In this document: piece after piece, positions 25,319 to 37,476 of the stretch
Position numbering within the stretch: position 1 is the first letter of the stretch
Layout: each line of letters opens with the position of its first letter
Source of the DNA: Schmidtea nova
Lineage: Eukaryota
Direction: 5' to 3'
Assembly (NCBI GenBank): GCA_044892505.1
Contig: CM097884.1
Coordinates: 125,302,001-125,366,000, forward strand
DNA length: 64,000 nucleotides
Made by a program: the position numbers and the translations under genes
The notes under the pieces: model-generated
Told to the model about the DNA's origin: nothing
Database searches by the model: none
The model's input: the letters and a program-made list of their open reading frames with translations, nothing else

Positions 25319-28020
25319 CATTCATTCCTATTATTATCATTATTATTAAATTATGCAATTAAATTTTACTTCGGAAATGACTGAAGTATTTATTTCGAGG
25401 TTGAATTTTTTAATGGGGGAGATATGTTGAGAACTATTGGGGATAAATGGACAGTGTAATTGATATGATGTTTTGAAATTTGGAGAATGGGGGAAGAGCA
25501 AAAAATGAGAAAATAACAGCGAAATAAAAAGAAATAGAACTAGTCAGACAAGATTATTCCTAATTAAGAAGTACAAAAAGGGAAAAGGAATTTCAAAATC
25601 GAAAAAACAAGAAGAAAAATTATACCTTGACAGATTGTCAGAGATATCAGGATTGCAGGAGAAAAAGTCGGAATAACAAAAAATGGAACTATGGAATGTC
25701 GACAGTTGTTAAAGATAATGCGGGAGCTTGGAGAAAAATACTGGAACCAAAAACGGGAAAAACAAAATTTATCTCGAGAAACAGAAAATGACGAGTTATT
25801 AAAAGGAAAGCCGCAGTAGTTGAATGAAAAAATTTTATTTGGAGAAATTCAGATTAGAAAATTTAGATTGGGAGAAAATTAAAGGCTTAGATAAATTACA
25901 TTTGATAAGTTATATAATAGGAAAAACAAAGATAACATAGTAAACAAGAATTAGAAGAGTCAAAATATATTGAATAAAGTAGCAAGTCAAAGCACGAAAA
26001 CAACCAAAATCGATTGTCAATAATGGAATTGTTGTATTCTAGTTATTACACATTAGGGATATTCCTCAGGAAGTGTTGTAATAAGCTCTGTATTTATCTA
26101 TTTTGGTGTTGAATTGATTGAGTCATTATAAATTGTGTAACCAACTGTGATAATCAATAAATGTATATATTGTCTGAAAATTGTTGTTTTGTGGATCAGC
26201 ACGCTTTGGAGTCAGAGAATTAATTAGTAAAAAACAATAACCAAACAGTATTTATACCAATTTTCGATGTAGAATTTAATTAAATTTTATGTAATAAAAT
26301 CTTTTTAATTTATTAAATATCAAATTATTAATTTTATGCAAAATTTTATATCCATTTAAAATAATTTTATAGTAATTTATAAATTAAAATATTAATTAAA
26401 TTTTTATTTAATTTATCAGATTATTTATTTTATTGAAATTTATTTATTTTAAAATTTTCGATTTAATTTTATAAAAATTAAATAATTTATTAATTGAATG
26501 TTCGGAATTTTTCTCATTTGCGGTTAAATGCTGTAATTAATTGTTTTTGTTATATTTGTGTTTTTTCGCATTTACTTTGCTATTAGGTTTCAATTTAATT
26601 TTTAGACATGTTATAATAAATTTTTATGGGTTGCTTGATTAATTATGTTTATTTGGTGTTTCCTCTTTTAATTTAGTTCACATCGTGGGCGTTTTACGTT
26701 ACTGCACTATTTAAACAAAAAAACTCAACCAAACTCAGTCTTTGACCAATACGAAGTAGTTAGTTGTATTCATTGTCAATAATCAAACATTATGTTCTAA
26801 TATAAAAAAAATAAATTTAATTAACTTAATTTTAAGTAAAACTGAATTGTTTACCAAAACAAATCAGTTTACAAAACAATAAAAATAATTACTTTGATTA
26901 GTTGGAATTTGTTAACTTTGAAATTTATAAAAAATTCAACAAAAATCAGTTGTTAAAAAATCCAATAAGGACTGAAAGTGATAAATAATGATTAAGGGTT
27001 GTTATAAAACAATTAATAAGAATATATGAGGAATATAAAAAATGAAAATTATTAAATTGACAAAATCTATCTTATTAGTGGATTTCAGAGCTACTAGTAC
27101 ACATCAAAGTAAGATAATCAATTGTGATCTATTGACAATCTTGAGTTCATTGTGATATTCTCGTTTGTGTAATTATTATATTAAAATCTATTTTAAAGAG
27201 TTACATTAATTAAAAAACCAAGAACACGACTGGAATCAATAACATAAAACGAAAGAAAGGCAACCACAATACACAAAGATAAACCTAACTCTCACAATAT
27301 TTAATCCTTGAAAAACGAGTTAAAAGATATTAAAAGATATTTCTTATTTTTACGAGTAAAATTTCACTGCAATTGCTATTATTAAAAAATTTTATTTCTC
27401 AATCGCTCAAACACGATGCAAGTAATAACACATTTGAAGATTTTGTGAATTTAATATATTATTGGATATTATTGCTTTAATATTAAGACTTAAAATAATT
27501 TTAACTAGATTTTTTTTTATAATCATTAATTTAAACGGAGACTTTTAAAGCATTAAATTGAAATAAAATTTGAGGAAATTAATTTCAAAACTTTCGAAAA
27601 TTTATTAAAATTATTATTATTATTATTATTAGACGCTTTGAGTCGAATTTCAAATTTCAAATTTCAATAGTGCTATTAGTATTATTATTATTATATTATT
27701 GGGCCTGTCGGTACTTCATTATTGAAATGCACCTGTTAGTGCTAGAAATTGAAGCAAAAAACAATAATGAAATAATTTGTTTTAATAAGTCCCTAAAGGG
27801 TTTAATTAAATATTAAATTTATTAATGTATTTTTTTTTCTTTTGGGGGTTAACAAATTTTCCATATGAATATTATGATAGGGAGTCTGTCGAAATATATA
27901 ATTCGGGTGGTGCCTTTCCCTAATAAAATCTTTAACATATTTTATAAGTAAAAATATATAAAACCTTTGCCATCAGAGTCCAAGTGTTGGGAATATTTAT
28001 TGCATGCAATTAATTTATAT

Positions 28021-28027
<7 letters not shown>

Positions 28028-28081
<54 letters not shown>
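28028..28081. repeat. (TA)n microsatellite
   Basis: Uninterrupted TA dinucleotide run. Confidence 0.95.
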
Positions 28082-28084
<3 letters not shown>

Positions 28085-28271
28085 TTTTGACAATAATTAA
28101 AACAAAAATACATATTTAACAACCAAATTTTAATGATCACAATCACAATATTTTCATCACAAATTACTACTATAAAATTAATGTGATCAATTAACGCATG
28201 GATACTTTTTGTACCATAGCAGGATAATATTTTACTGTGACCAAATAATTGTTGATTTTACCAATAAATAC

Positions 28272-30648
28272 TAGGGTTGATCTTTTACCGATTATTTACC
28301 GATTTATCGGTATATTTTTTTCCGTTTTATCGGTAAATTATAATATTAATTTCGAAATTAATTTTTTTTTATTAATTTCCAAGTGTGCGTCATTAACAAA
28401 TTATTAATTGTTAATTACATTTTTTATTAGATTGTTTTAATTACAAACAAAAATGTTTTGCTACAAATTGTTATGTTTTTTTTAATTAATTGTTAATAAA
28501 TGACATAATTTTTTTTCAATAATTAGTTTTGTCTCAGCACTCATTAGAAGAAGATATATTTGTGATTATATTAAAAACGAAAATAGTAATTGAACATTTA
28601 TTTTAAATTTGAGAGCTCTTAGCAAAATGTCAGAGGCTTGGAAATATTTCAGAAAAGACACAAGTGATGGCGTCAGTGTTTGCAATATTTGTGGTTCAAA
28701 AATTCAGTACACAAGCTCTACGACTGGAATGTGGTATCACCTTCGAAAAAAACACGGGAAATCAATTGAAAAACAAGCTAAAGAAACAACAAAAATCTCT
28801 GCAGCTTCAGGAATCAAATCTGCATCAAAAATCTCATCTTTTTTCAAGAAAGAATCAATTGGAGAGGTTATTTCCAAACTGACAGCATTGGATGGATTTA
28901 GTTTCAATGGATTAGTTAATAGTTCATTTGTTCGAGCAGCCATGCTAGAAAAAGGGTTGGAATTTCCAAAAAACCACAGACAAGCAATTCAATTAGTAAA
29001 AACTTTTGCCAGTTGCATGCAGAATGAAATGAAAACTAAATTTCTTTCAATGATATCAAGTGGTCAACAGTTTTCAATTATTTTGGATGAATACACTTCC
29101 TTAAAAAATCGAAGGTTCATCAATGTCAATGTTCATCAAAAGAATAAGCACTGGAATCTTGGACTGAAAAGAATTTCTGGGTCTCTTCCTGCCGAGAAAG
29201 CAGTTGAAATTGTAACAGAAAAACTTGAAGAATTTGGGATGAACATTGTTGATCAAATTGTTTGCTCTGTCACTGATGGGGCTTCTGTGATGGTAAAGTT
29301 TGGAAAATTGATTCCTACTGGACATCAAACATGCTATTCACATGCCATTCATTTGGCCGTTCAGGAAGTATTGTATGAGAAACCTGCCAAAAAAGCACAA
29401 ACCCAAAGCAACAGCTTGGAAGAGGAAGAGGAAGATATTGCGAAAGAAAATAATATAAGTGATGAAGATGAAAATAGTGATGACTCTGATGATGAGGATA
29501 GCACTGGTCTTCTTGACAACTGCATAAATGAAAGCATTTCCATTCCAAAAGTTAAAATGAACTTTCAGTCTATCATCACCAAAATTAGAAAAATTGTCAA
29601 GCTATTTCGAAAGTCACCAGTAAAAAATGATGTACTTCAAGAAGAAGTAAAGAAACAACATGGAAAAGAAGTTTCACTTATCATTGATTGCAGAACAAGG
29701 TGGAACAGTTTATTATCAATGATTCAACAGTTTCTAAAAATTAAAGATTCCATAACAAAAGTATTAACGGATATTTCACCACATTTAATTTGCAGTGAAG
29801 ATGAATTTGATATTTTAGCAGACATTGTTGCAGCTCTTGAACCAGTTAAATTGGCTGCTGAGGCACTTTGCAGACAAGATGCAACTCTCTTAACGGCCGA
29901 AGGGATCTTTAAGTTTCTTGTGAACAATTTAAAGCATAAGAAATCAAACCTTTGTATTTTGATGAAAGATGCTATTTTGAGACGATTTGCTGAAAGAAGA
30001 CAAACTAATTTGGTTAGTTTATACAAATACCTCTCAAATCCAGAATGTCTTTACCAGGTTGAAGAGCATGACGTTTTCAATATGCCATCAAAATCTATAC
30101 TTCAAAAGACTGCTAAAAACATGCTATCCAGATTGTTCCCAACCTTAGAAATTGAAAATGATAATCACGTGAACTGTAGCACAGATAATGAGACTAAAAA
30201 AGAGGAACAGCTACTATCACTTCAAGATGAGCTAGAAGAGGCTATCAAACATTCTGCAAAAAAACAAAGACATAACTCACATGATGAGTTCAAGGCAATT
30301 TCAAAAGAAATGCAAGTCTTTGAAGCAACTGGAAAGAGGACACCAAATCTTGAACTTTTGTTCAATGCTCTTGAAACTATTCCTCCAACAAGTGTAGAGT
30401 CAGAACGTGCATTTTCTGCAGCTGGACTATTTGTTACAAAAATAAGATCACGAATGAGTGATGACCTTCTTGATACGTTGTGTTTTCTTAAAGCATATTT
30501 TTTAATGAAAAATAAATCTTGAAATTGCTCTTATTTCTATTTGAATGCTTTATAAATTTTTTTACCGATTTTACCGATTATATCGGTAAATTGTTGGATT
30601 TTTATCGTTTTATCGGTAAATTTAAAACTCGGTAAAAGATCAACCCTA
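28272..30648 (+). mobile_element. Full-length autonomous hAT DNA transposon
   Basis: 20-bp TIR TAGGGTTGATCTTTTACCGA; perfect 8-bp TSD ATAAATAC; subterminal TTACCGAT/ATCGGTAA repeats; single intact ORF. Confidence 0.95.
28627..30522 (+). CDS. hAT transposase with N-terminal BED zinc finger (631 aa from ATG)
   Basis: W..F...CNIC...TT.M..HL..H (BED), LDEYTS, VTDGASVM, CYSHAIHL (CxxH), TRWNS, ESERAFS. Confidence 0.93.
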   Translation: MSEAWKYFRKDTSDGVSVCNICGSKIQYTSSTTGMWYHLRKKHGKSIEKQAKETTKISAASGIKSASKISSFFKKESIGEVISKLTALDGFSFNGLVNSSFVRAAMLEKGLEFPKNHRQAIQLVKTFASCMQNEMKTKFLSMISSGQQFSIILDEYTSLKNRRFINVNVHQKNKHWNLGLKRISGSLPAEKAVEIVTEKLEEFGMNIVDQIVCSVTDGASVMVKFGKLIPTGHQTCYSHAIHLAVQEVLYEKPAKKAQTQSNSLEEEEEDIAKENNISDEDENSDDSDDEDSTGLLDNCINESISIPKVKMNFQSIITKIRKIVKLFRKSPVKNDVLQEEVKKQHGKEVSLIIDCRTRWNSLLSMIQQFLKIKDSITKVLTDISPHLICSEDEFDILADIVAALEPVKLAAEALCRQDATLLTAEGIFKFLVNNLKHKKSNLCILMKDAILRRFAERRQTNLVSLYKYLSNPECLYQVEEHDVFNMPSKSILQKTAKNMLSRLFPTLEIENDNHVNCSTDNETKKEEQLLSLQDELEEAIKHSAKKQRHNSHDEFKAISKEMQVFEATGKRTPNLELLFNALETIPPTSVESERAFSAAGLFVTKIRSRMSDDLLDTLCFLKAYFLMKNKS

Positions 30649-31580
30649 ATAAATACCCATTTCAAACAACGATGGTGCTGTAACTAATGGGTAAAACATC
30701 CCCCCAAAAAAAGAGCGCTGCTGCCAGAACTATAATTGCTCGAGTAATTTTTCTGGGTTCACAAGCTATCGATAAAAGATATATGTTCAATTTCGGCGTT
30801 CGGTTCCTTGCATTTATAATATGTTTTAACTCTTATTAAATTTTGTTCTAAATTGTAATAATTATAACATTGTTTCTATTTGAGATATTATGGAAACATA
30901 TTTTAAGATGCATATAATTTTTTAATCGAAAAGCAGATTTAGTCATTTAATTTCTAAAGAGTTGTACTATCTTTTCCATGACTTTCCATTCAACATTTAT
31001 AGATTTCGATGGAATAATAAAGTTAAAAATATGATAATTGCTAAATTCGGATGTATAGTTTTATTTCTGATTTATTGCTTTTGTTTATGACGTACTGGCT
31101 TGGGTTATGAAAAGATTTTGAACAAGAAAGAATAAAGGAATGTCGTTATTCTATCGTAAATTAGTTTTATTATGTCGAAAATATTGATTTAATAGCTCAT
31201 TGATCTGGTTGTTACTATGATATCAACAATACTCATATTATAGCCATCTTACACTTCAATGGATAATATTTATGTTATGTAGTAGTATAGATTTTGTATT
31301 CATCGATTTTTTATTTTCAGATGCAGTAAATTATCGTCGTTTTCGCAGAGATTAGAACATTTTCCCTGACATTCTCACGGATTGTTAGAGAGCTGTTATC
31401 CCTTTTATCTCTACAGAACCTTTTAAGAACTTGTGTAGCAAGTTGGTTTAAATATATAACTTTGACTTATTTTATTCTTTTGTTTATAATGTATTAAAAT
31501 GTATTGATGTATTAAAACAAATTTATTTTAAAAGTAATATATTTTATTTTTACAAAGATTTTACATTTTACCCAAATTTT

Positions 31581-32487
31581 GGATCAACAGTCAAATTTTC
31601 CCCATTTGATTATCAACAGCCAAATTTTCCCCATAAAAAATATAAGAATTAATAATCCCTTGAATTTAATGATTATCATATTTCAAAAGAATAATCCCAT
31701 GCATTTTGAATTTACACCTGAAGGACTTGAAAGAAGATTAATGGAATTAAACCAGAAAGAAATGGTGATCTTCCTCATGGAAAAACAATTCTTGGGAAGA
31801 GAATATTTGTGCTCTGAATGCGACAATGCAACATTACTGAAACCGTATAAGCGATCGATAGATGGTTATGCGTGGAGGTGTATGCATAAAAAATGTTCTT
31901 CATATACGAAATATATTAGCGTGCGTAAAAATTCTTTCTTTGCAGAGTCTTCGCACGGGTCTTCGCAACAGTTATTCCTAATAAGCAATCAGCCACTCTC
32001 GTGCCCATAATTAATCGACAAGTAGCCGCAGGGTCAGTTATATGGACAGATGAGCACAAAAGTTACTCCTCTCTCAAGACTCAGGGGTTCTTACATGATA
32101 CAGTTTGTCATAAGTATCAATTTGTCAATAAGCTGACAGGTACAAATACCCAAACTGTCGAATCGTTTAATAACGAATTGAAGCTCGCAATAAAACGCAG
32201 AAAGGGTGTTAAAGCAGATCAGAGGCCATGTTTTCTTAAAGAGTTTTGTTTTTACTACAACAACAAAAGGCAGTTTTTTGCGGCTGTAATGTCTTTATTA
32301 AAAATTTAGTTCTTATCTTATCTTTTTTTATTATATTTCATTTTTTTACTAATTTCGAAAATATCATTTTATTTAAATTATATTTTTTTTAAAAATATAT
32401 CATAACTTTAATTCTATTTAATTTTGTAATTCAAAAAATTTCAACAGTCAAATTTTCCCCATGTGGGGAAAATTTGACTGTTGATCC
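31581..32487 (+). mobile_element. Merlin (IS1595/IS1016-related) DNA transposon, internally deleted
   Basis: 24-bp TIR GGATCAACAGTCAAATTTTCCCCA; 8-bp TSD 7/8 (CAAATTTT/TAAATTTT); zinc ribbon CSEC..DGYAWRC, then after a deletion IWTDEHKSY, TVCHK, TQTVES. Confidence 0.88.
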
Positions 32488-33106
32488 TAAATTTTTATTT
32501 TACAATTTATTTTTGCATTTTTTGCGTTTATATTAATAAAATTAAGAAAACAATTGATAAAAATTTTTATATTTACTTAATTCTTTTTTGGATTTTTTTG
32601 TGTTTACTTTTTTCTCGTATTTACTTCTTTAAATTTGTTCAATTTAATTTAAATTTTTGTTTTAATAAATTTTTATCTGTGTTATTGATTACTTTTGTTT
32701 ACTTGATGTTTTTCTCAAATTTTTAAGTATACTTCGTGCTTGGTCGCTACATGCTATGTTTGCAATCACTACCCAATTTATGGGAATTAATTTTTCGCCC
32801 AGCAATACTATCGTCAAGATATAATAAAATCAATCAATAAAATCAATTAGTATCATAAATATTGTCATCGTGAGAAAATCAATAGTCAATTCATAAATCA
32901 ATATAAAATTTATATTTTCCATCGGATTTCTAGGACTGTGGATTTGTGTTGTTTGTTCTTGAACTGCGAATTTTCGTTGTTTGTTATGTAGAGTTGATTC
33001 TATATTTGTTCAAGGCTATTGTATAGTATTTTCATTTCATTATCTTTCCATCTTCCAACATATCCATTAGTAGCTTAATTAAATTATTAAGCTTAATGAA
33101 AATTAA

Positions 33107-33673
33107 CCCTTTCCCTGCGTATGATGAGTATTTCTAGTCAGAAAATTCTAATTCCAAAATTGGATGACGAGCAGGTCTCGTCATGACTGTACTAAGTTGC
33201 GTTGTGTTTTAATGATACGTCACATAGTTGATTAAATATTATCGTAAGTATAATAACAATAATATATTAAAAATATTTTTCTAAATACTTTTTTTACATA
33301 TCTACGTCACCGGAAATATGTTATTTTGGTGTCGAAATTTCTGAAAAATTTCCATAAAATTTATATTTTCCGTTTATATAATTAGAAAATCGAAAGAAAT
33401 TTCCATAAAAACTTACAAATCGTTATCTATATTATTGAATTTATTATCAACCTAAAAATTATCCCGATGACAGAGAGACGTAAATTTACTTCAGATTTGT
33501 TTGCAACTTCGCAAGATTCTAACGACAGTGATATAGATGTTGCGGAACCAAGTGATGGAGACTTTGAACGTGAAGAAGGGAACAGTTTTGATACAATTTC
33601 AGATTCGTCCCAAATGGCCTTTCATACAGTGTATAACTTATCTTGTAAATTTGTTAATTATAAACATATTTGA
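33107..33673 (+). mobile_element. piggyBac left end with decayed acidic transposase N-terminus
   Basis: TTAA|CCCTTTCCCTGCGT start; ORF 33467-33673 is rich in D/E/S like piggyBac N-termini; no right end found. Confidence 0.45.
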
Positions 33674-34236
33674 TCTTCTTTCCTATAGAAATTAACTACA
33701 TACAATCAATATTTGAATTTTTACGAACAAGATATATCAAGCGCCTTCAAGAAATTATTCAATTCAATCAAATCTGTCGTCCTGGTGTCTATTATCATTT
33801 GAGACAATTGTATCTGGATTTTCTAAGATCACATATATTAAATCCCGTATGTCAGTAATAAAATATAACCAAGTTATGATCGAGATAAGTGTTTTTGTAT
33901 TAAATCATATATTTGAACTTAAGTTTGAAGATTTATAAAATATTTATTTTGTATACGATTTATTTATTTTACAATATTATTCAAAATGTAACCAACGGCC
34001 AACGAAAATGAATAATCAAACAATGTTGAAAGACAGAATGCTGAAATTGGGTTAGAGAACTTAATAAACCTCACTAACATGTCTTATTGGCGAAGGTCTA
34101 TTAAATTCTACAGATTAGGAGATAAATTCGAATAATTTTAAATTTTAATCTTTCAAGTGCAGTTAAAAGGCATAATTGTGTCTATAATTCAACGAAAACC
34201 CCCATATAGCAATTAAAGAAAAGTTAATTAAACCAG

Positions 34237-34600
34237 GTGTTACAATTTGAAAAGATGTCATTGGACGACTTGTATCAAAAAATACTGAAGAAGGATGTTA
34301 TTTTACAATTATTACAACAATCTCATCCTCATTATGTTGTAACTGTGTGTGAGTTTCTTGGTCAAGCATTGGTACATAGGTGTATAGGTCGACGATGGCC
34401 GTTTGAATGGCCACAACGATTACGGGACTTCATCCCGATGGACTTCTTTTTAGGCATTATCAAAAATAAGTATATCCAAGAAAGCCACTTAATGTTGATG
34501 ATAAGTCCGAATTCGTAAGAGAATAATATCAAGAAATCCATATCAATAAAAACATTTGAGAAAGTGTGAGAAATTTAAAAATAGACTACGAGAATTTATA
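34237..34600 (+). pseudogene. Tc1/mariner transposase C-terminal remnant (WPPRSPDL-type)
   Basis: QQSHPHY..V.EFL.Q....RCIGRR.PFEWPQRLRDFIPMDFF matches QQDGAPPHY..V.EFL...RWIGRRGPIEWPPRSPDLTPLDFF. Confidence 0.75.
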
Positions 34601-35569
34601 AATAGTGAAGGCCAACAATTTAAGAGATTGAAGTTAGTTGCAATTTGTATGTTGTTCTTATTCCGACTGTTCTTATTGCTTTTTTTATAATTATATAAGC
34701 TGTGGTCTTTTTATCACATACTTTTAAATTCTTTTGGTTTTACTAATCGATCTTTTATAAACATTAAAAAATTATTAAACTTTCTTTAAATGGAGGTCCA
34801 TACCTGGGTATTTCAATACCAAAGCTTCACCTAGAATTTTGCTGATGAATAACAGAACTTACATTCACCGTCTATGCTTTCAAAATTTAGAATGGTCTAT
34901 CAAGATCCTGCAGAATTTCGTCGACTTTTGGAATACTGCAACTCTGGCTAAATTCTGTAATGCGTAAATTTGAAGAGTTACCGATAATTTACAATAAAAC
35001 TTTTCCAATATTTCGAATACTGTTAATTGGTTTTTTTTATAATGACCTCGGCTATCGAACATACAATAAAACAACCCTCTTATTACAAAAAAATTCAGTC
35101 CATTCTTTTTTTCAGGATTGACAAAACCACCTATTTATATATTATAAATTATGGAAAATCACTTAAAGCCAATAAACAGAGATCAGATATTTAACGGATA
35201 AATTCTGCTAAGAGAGATAAATATCAGAGATTAAAAATATACAAAAATGTGAAAAACTCAACTTAAAAACGATTTTAAAAACGATAATAGCAAAATCCAA
35301 AAACACTAAGGAGAAATAATATAAGTGGATAAATATATAAACATTTAAAGATTTATATGTAGTGAAAAAATACTATTTTGTTCGGTGTACTATATATTTT
35401 GTATGTATTTGGAGTTTCTTTTAAAGAAAAAATTTTAATGTAAATTGTTAACGTGTATAAAATTATTAGAAACTTGATTTAAACAATAACATTATATAAA
35501 CTCATGTTGAAGAATGGTTGCAAAAGAAATTACAAAGAACTAAGCAGATCTTTGAGATAAAAAGAGATA

Positions 35570-35900
35570 GTGAATCATTTAAGAGAACCTAATGAAGGAG
35601 TAGATTACAGAAGAAGATGGAAAAGAATTTTGGAAATAATGAACCAATTTTGGGAAAGGTGGAAGAAAGAACTCGTACCAATGAGGGGTATCAGACAAAA
35701 ATGGTGGAAAGGAAACGGAGAAGTCAAAGTAGGAGACGTTGTTTGGGTCTAAGAACCGAATATTTTAGAGGATCGATAGCCGTTAGCAATAATTAAGGAA
35801 GTGATTCCTGGTAGTGATGGAAAGATTAGAGTCGTTAAGGTTGAATGCCAAGGTAAAGAGAAAACCAGACCAATTGTGAAAATATTTACATTGGAATTGG
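35570..35900 (+). pseudogene. BEL/Pao integrase C-terminal domain remnant
   Basis: FWERWKKE...VKVGDVVWV...IKEVIPGSDGKIRVVKV...RPIVKI. Confidence 0.85.
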
Positions 35901-36888
35901 CCAAGAAAGTCCCAAAAAATATGAGTTGTGCCTGATAATACTTAAATAGGATATAAAATGAAATTAAAGTTCATTATTTGTGGTCATGGCAAGTTGTAAT
36001 TGTTAATATATCGATAAATATATAGATAATTTTGGAAAATAAATCATCAAGCGGGCTCTTTTATCAAGTTTTATGCTCTTCTGTTTGATTTGATCCGGTT
36101 AGATTATATTTTTTTCGCAAAATATCTAGCGATTGTCATACTCTCATTTATAATTGTGCCACATGACAACTGGACAATTGGTAATTGACCAGACGAAATC
36201 GGCGGTTTTAATTGAGACCAATCCTTATTCTATTCGATTATCTTCGAAATCCACATTACTGGGAACTAGAATTAAGCATTTTGTGTTTTATGTGTATATT
36301 GAGTGTGTGTGTACATAATTTGGGTGTGGGTTTTTCTTTTTGTGTGTGTATTTTGTAGTTAAGTTATTGGCGTTTTTTGATTGGCCCGTTCTTTGTGGGT
36401 CTGATAAATTCTGTGAGTGTGTTCGAGTTCTTCATGCGTTTTGTTTATGTGTATCGATGAGTTATTATCGAATTGAAAAACTTTCTTTGAAACATTAAGA
36501 AAATTGTGTGATTCTTATTCAGATTTTTGAAAATTATAGTTAACAATTGATAATTGGTAATTTTTTCTGAGAATCTTTGTTTCAATTTCAAATAATAAAC
36601 ATTTTTAATTTGTCTTTGAAAATAATAATTACAATTACAATACATAATCAAAATGGTAATTCTCATCTCAACCATGTATCAATTTATGTAATATTAGTTA
36701 CAACTGTTATTTTATAATTATAATTATTTATCATTATTATAATCATATATTAAATATTATATATAATAAAAAAATAACAACAATTACAATACATAATAAA
36801 AACGGTAATTCGGTAATTAATAACGGTAATTAATAATAATAATAATTAACATTAATAAAATCACTCTTAATAGTATAATTATGCATAT

Positions 36889-37476
36889 TGTTGTGCCTAA
36901 TTAAATTACCAAATAAATAAATATATTAATTAATTAATTAATTAAATATTGAATATATGGAAAATCAATCAAAAATCTTTTAATTTAAATTATTTATATT
37001 TGCAAAAAAATAACACATAATGGCTCCGAGAATACAAATTAATAACACAGAATAATATCAAGACTTTCTTAATTTTTTATCCAGTGTTATTTTGCCTAAA
37101 TTTTCAACAAAATCTGATCGAATTGTATTTACAAATAAAGAAAGAAAATGAGAATTTTGAATAATAGAATCTATATTGATACACAGACGAATGATCTGCA
37201 GGAATATATAGAATCATTTAACTCCGAGAAAAGGTTGAATTGTATTAAGGAGGTACATTTGGCATCTCACATGGGAGAAAAGGCAATTTTTAAAGAATTA
37301 CAACTTAGATATTATAATATTAAACAAGAGGATGTTAAAAATGTATTACAGAATTGCAATATTTGCTCCAGAAGAACAGTGACACGGAGTGTCACTTAGT
37401 TTGTGTCTGTTGTAATTGAGTAGGTACATTTGGCATTTTACATTTATTTTATTTGGCAATTTAATTAGGCACGACA
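36889..37476 (+). mobile_element. Ginger-like DNA transposon, internally deleted
   Basis: About 35-bp TIR starting TGT(T/C)GTGCCTAATTAAATT; 4-bp flanks ATAT/GTAT; integrase HHCC zinc domain VHLASHMG...CNIC truncated before the DDE core. Confidence 0.7.

Noticed and set aside
25415-26230. BEL-type PPT plus LTR start (GGGGGAGATA|TGTTG)
   Set aside because: No partner LTR, LTR end or TSD identifiable, and the upstream sequence is broken by a gap.
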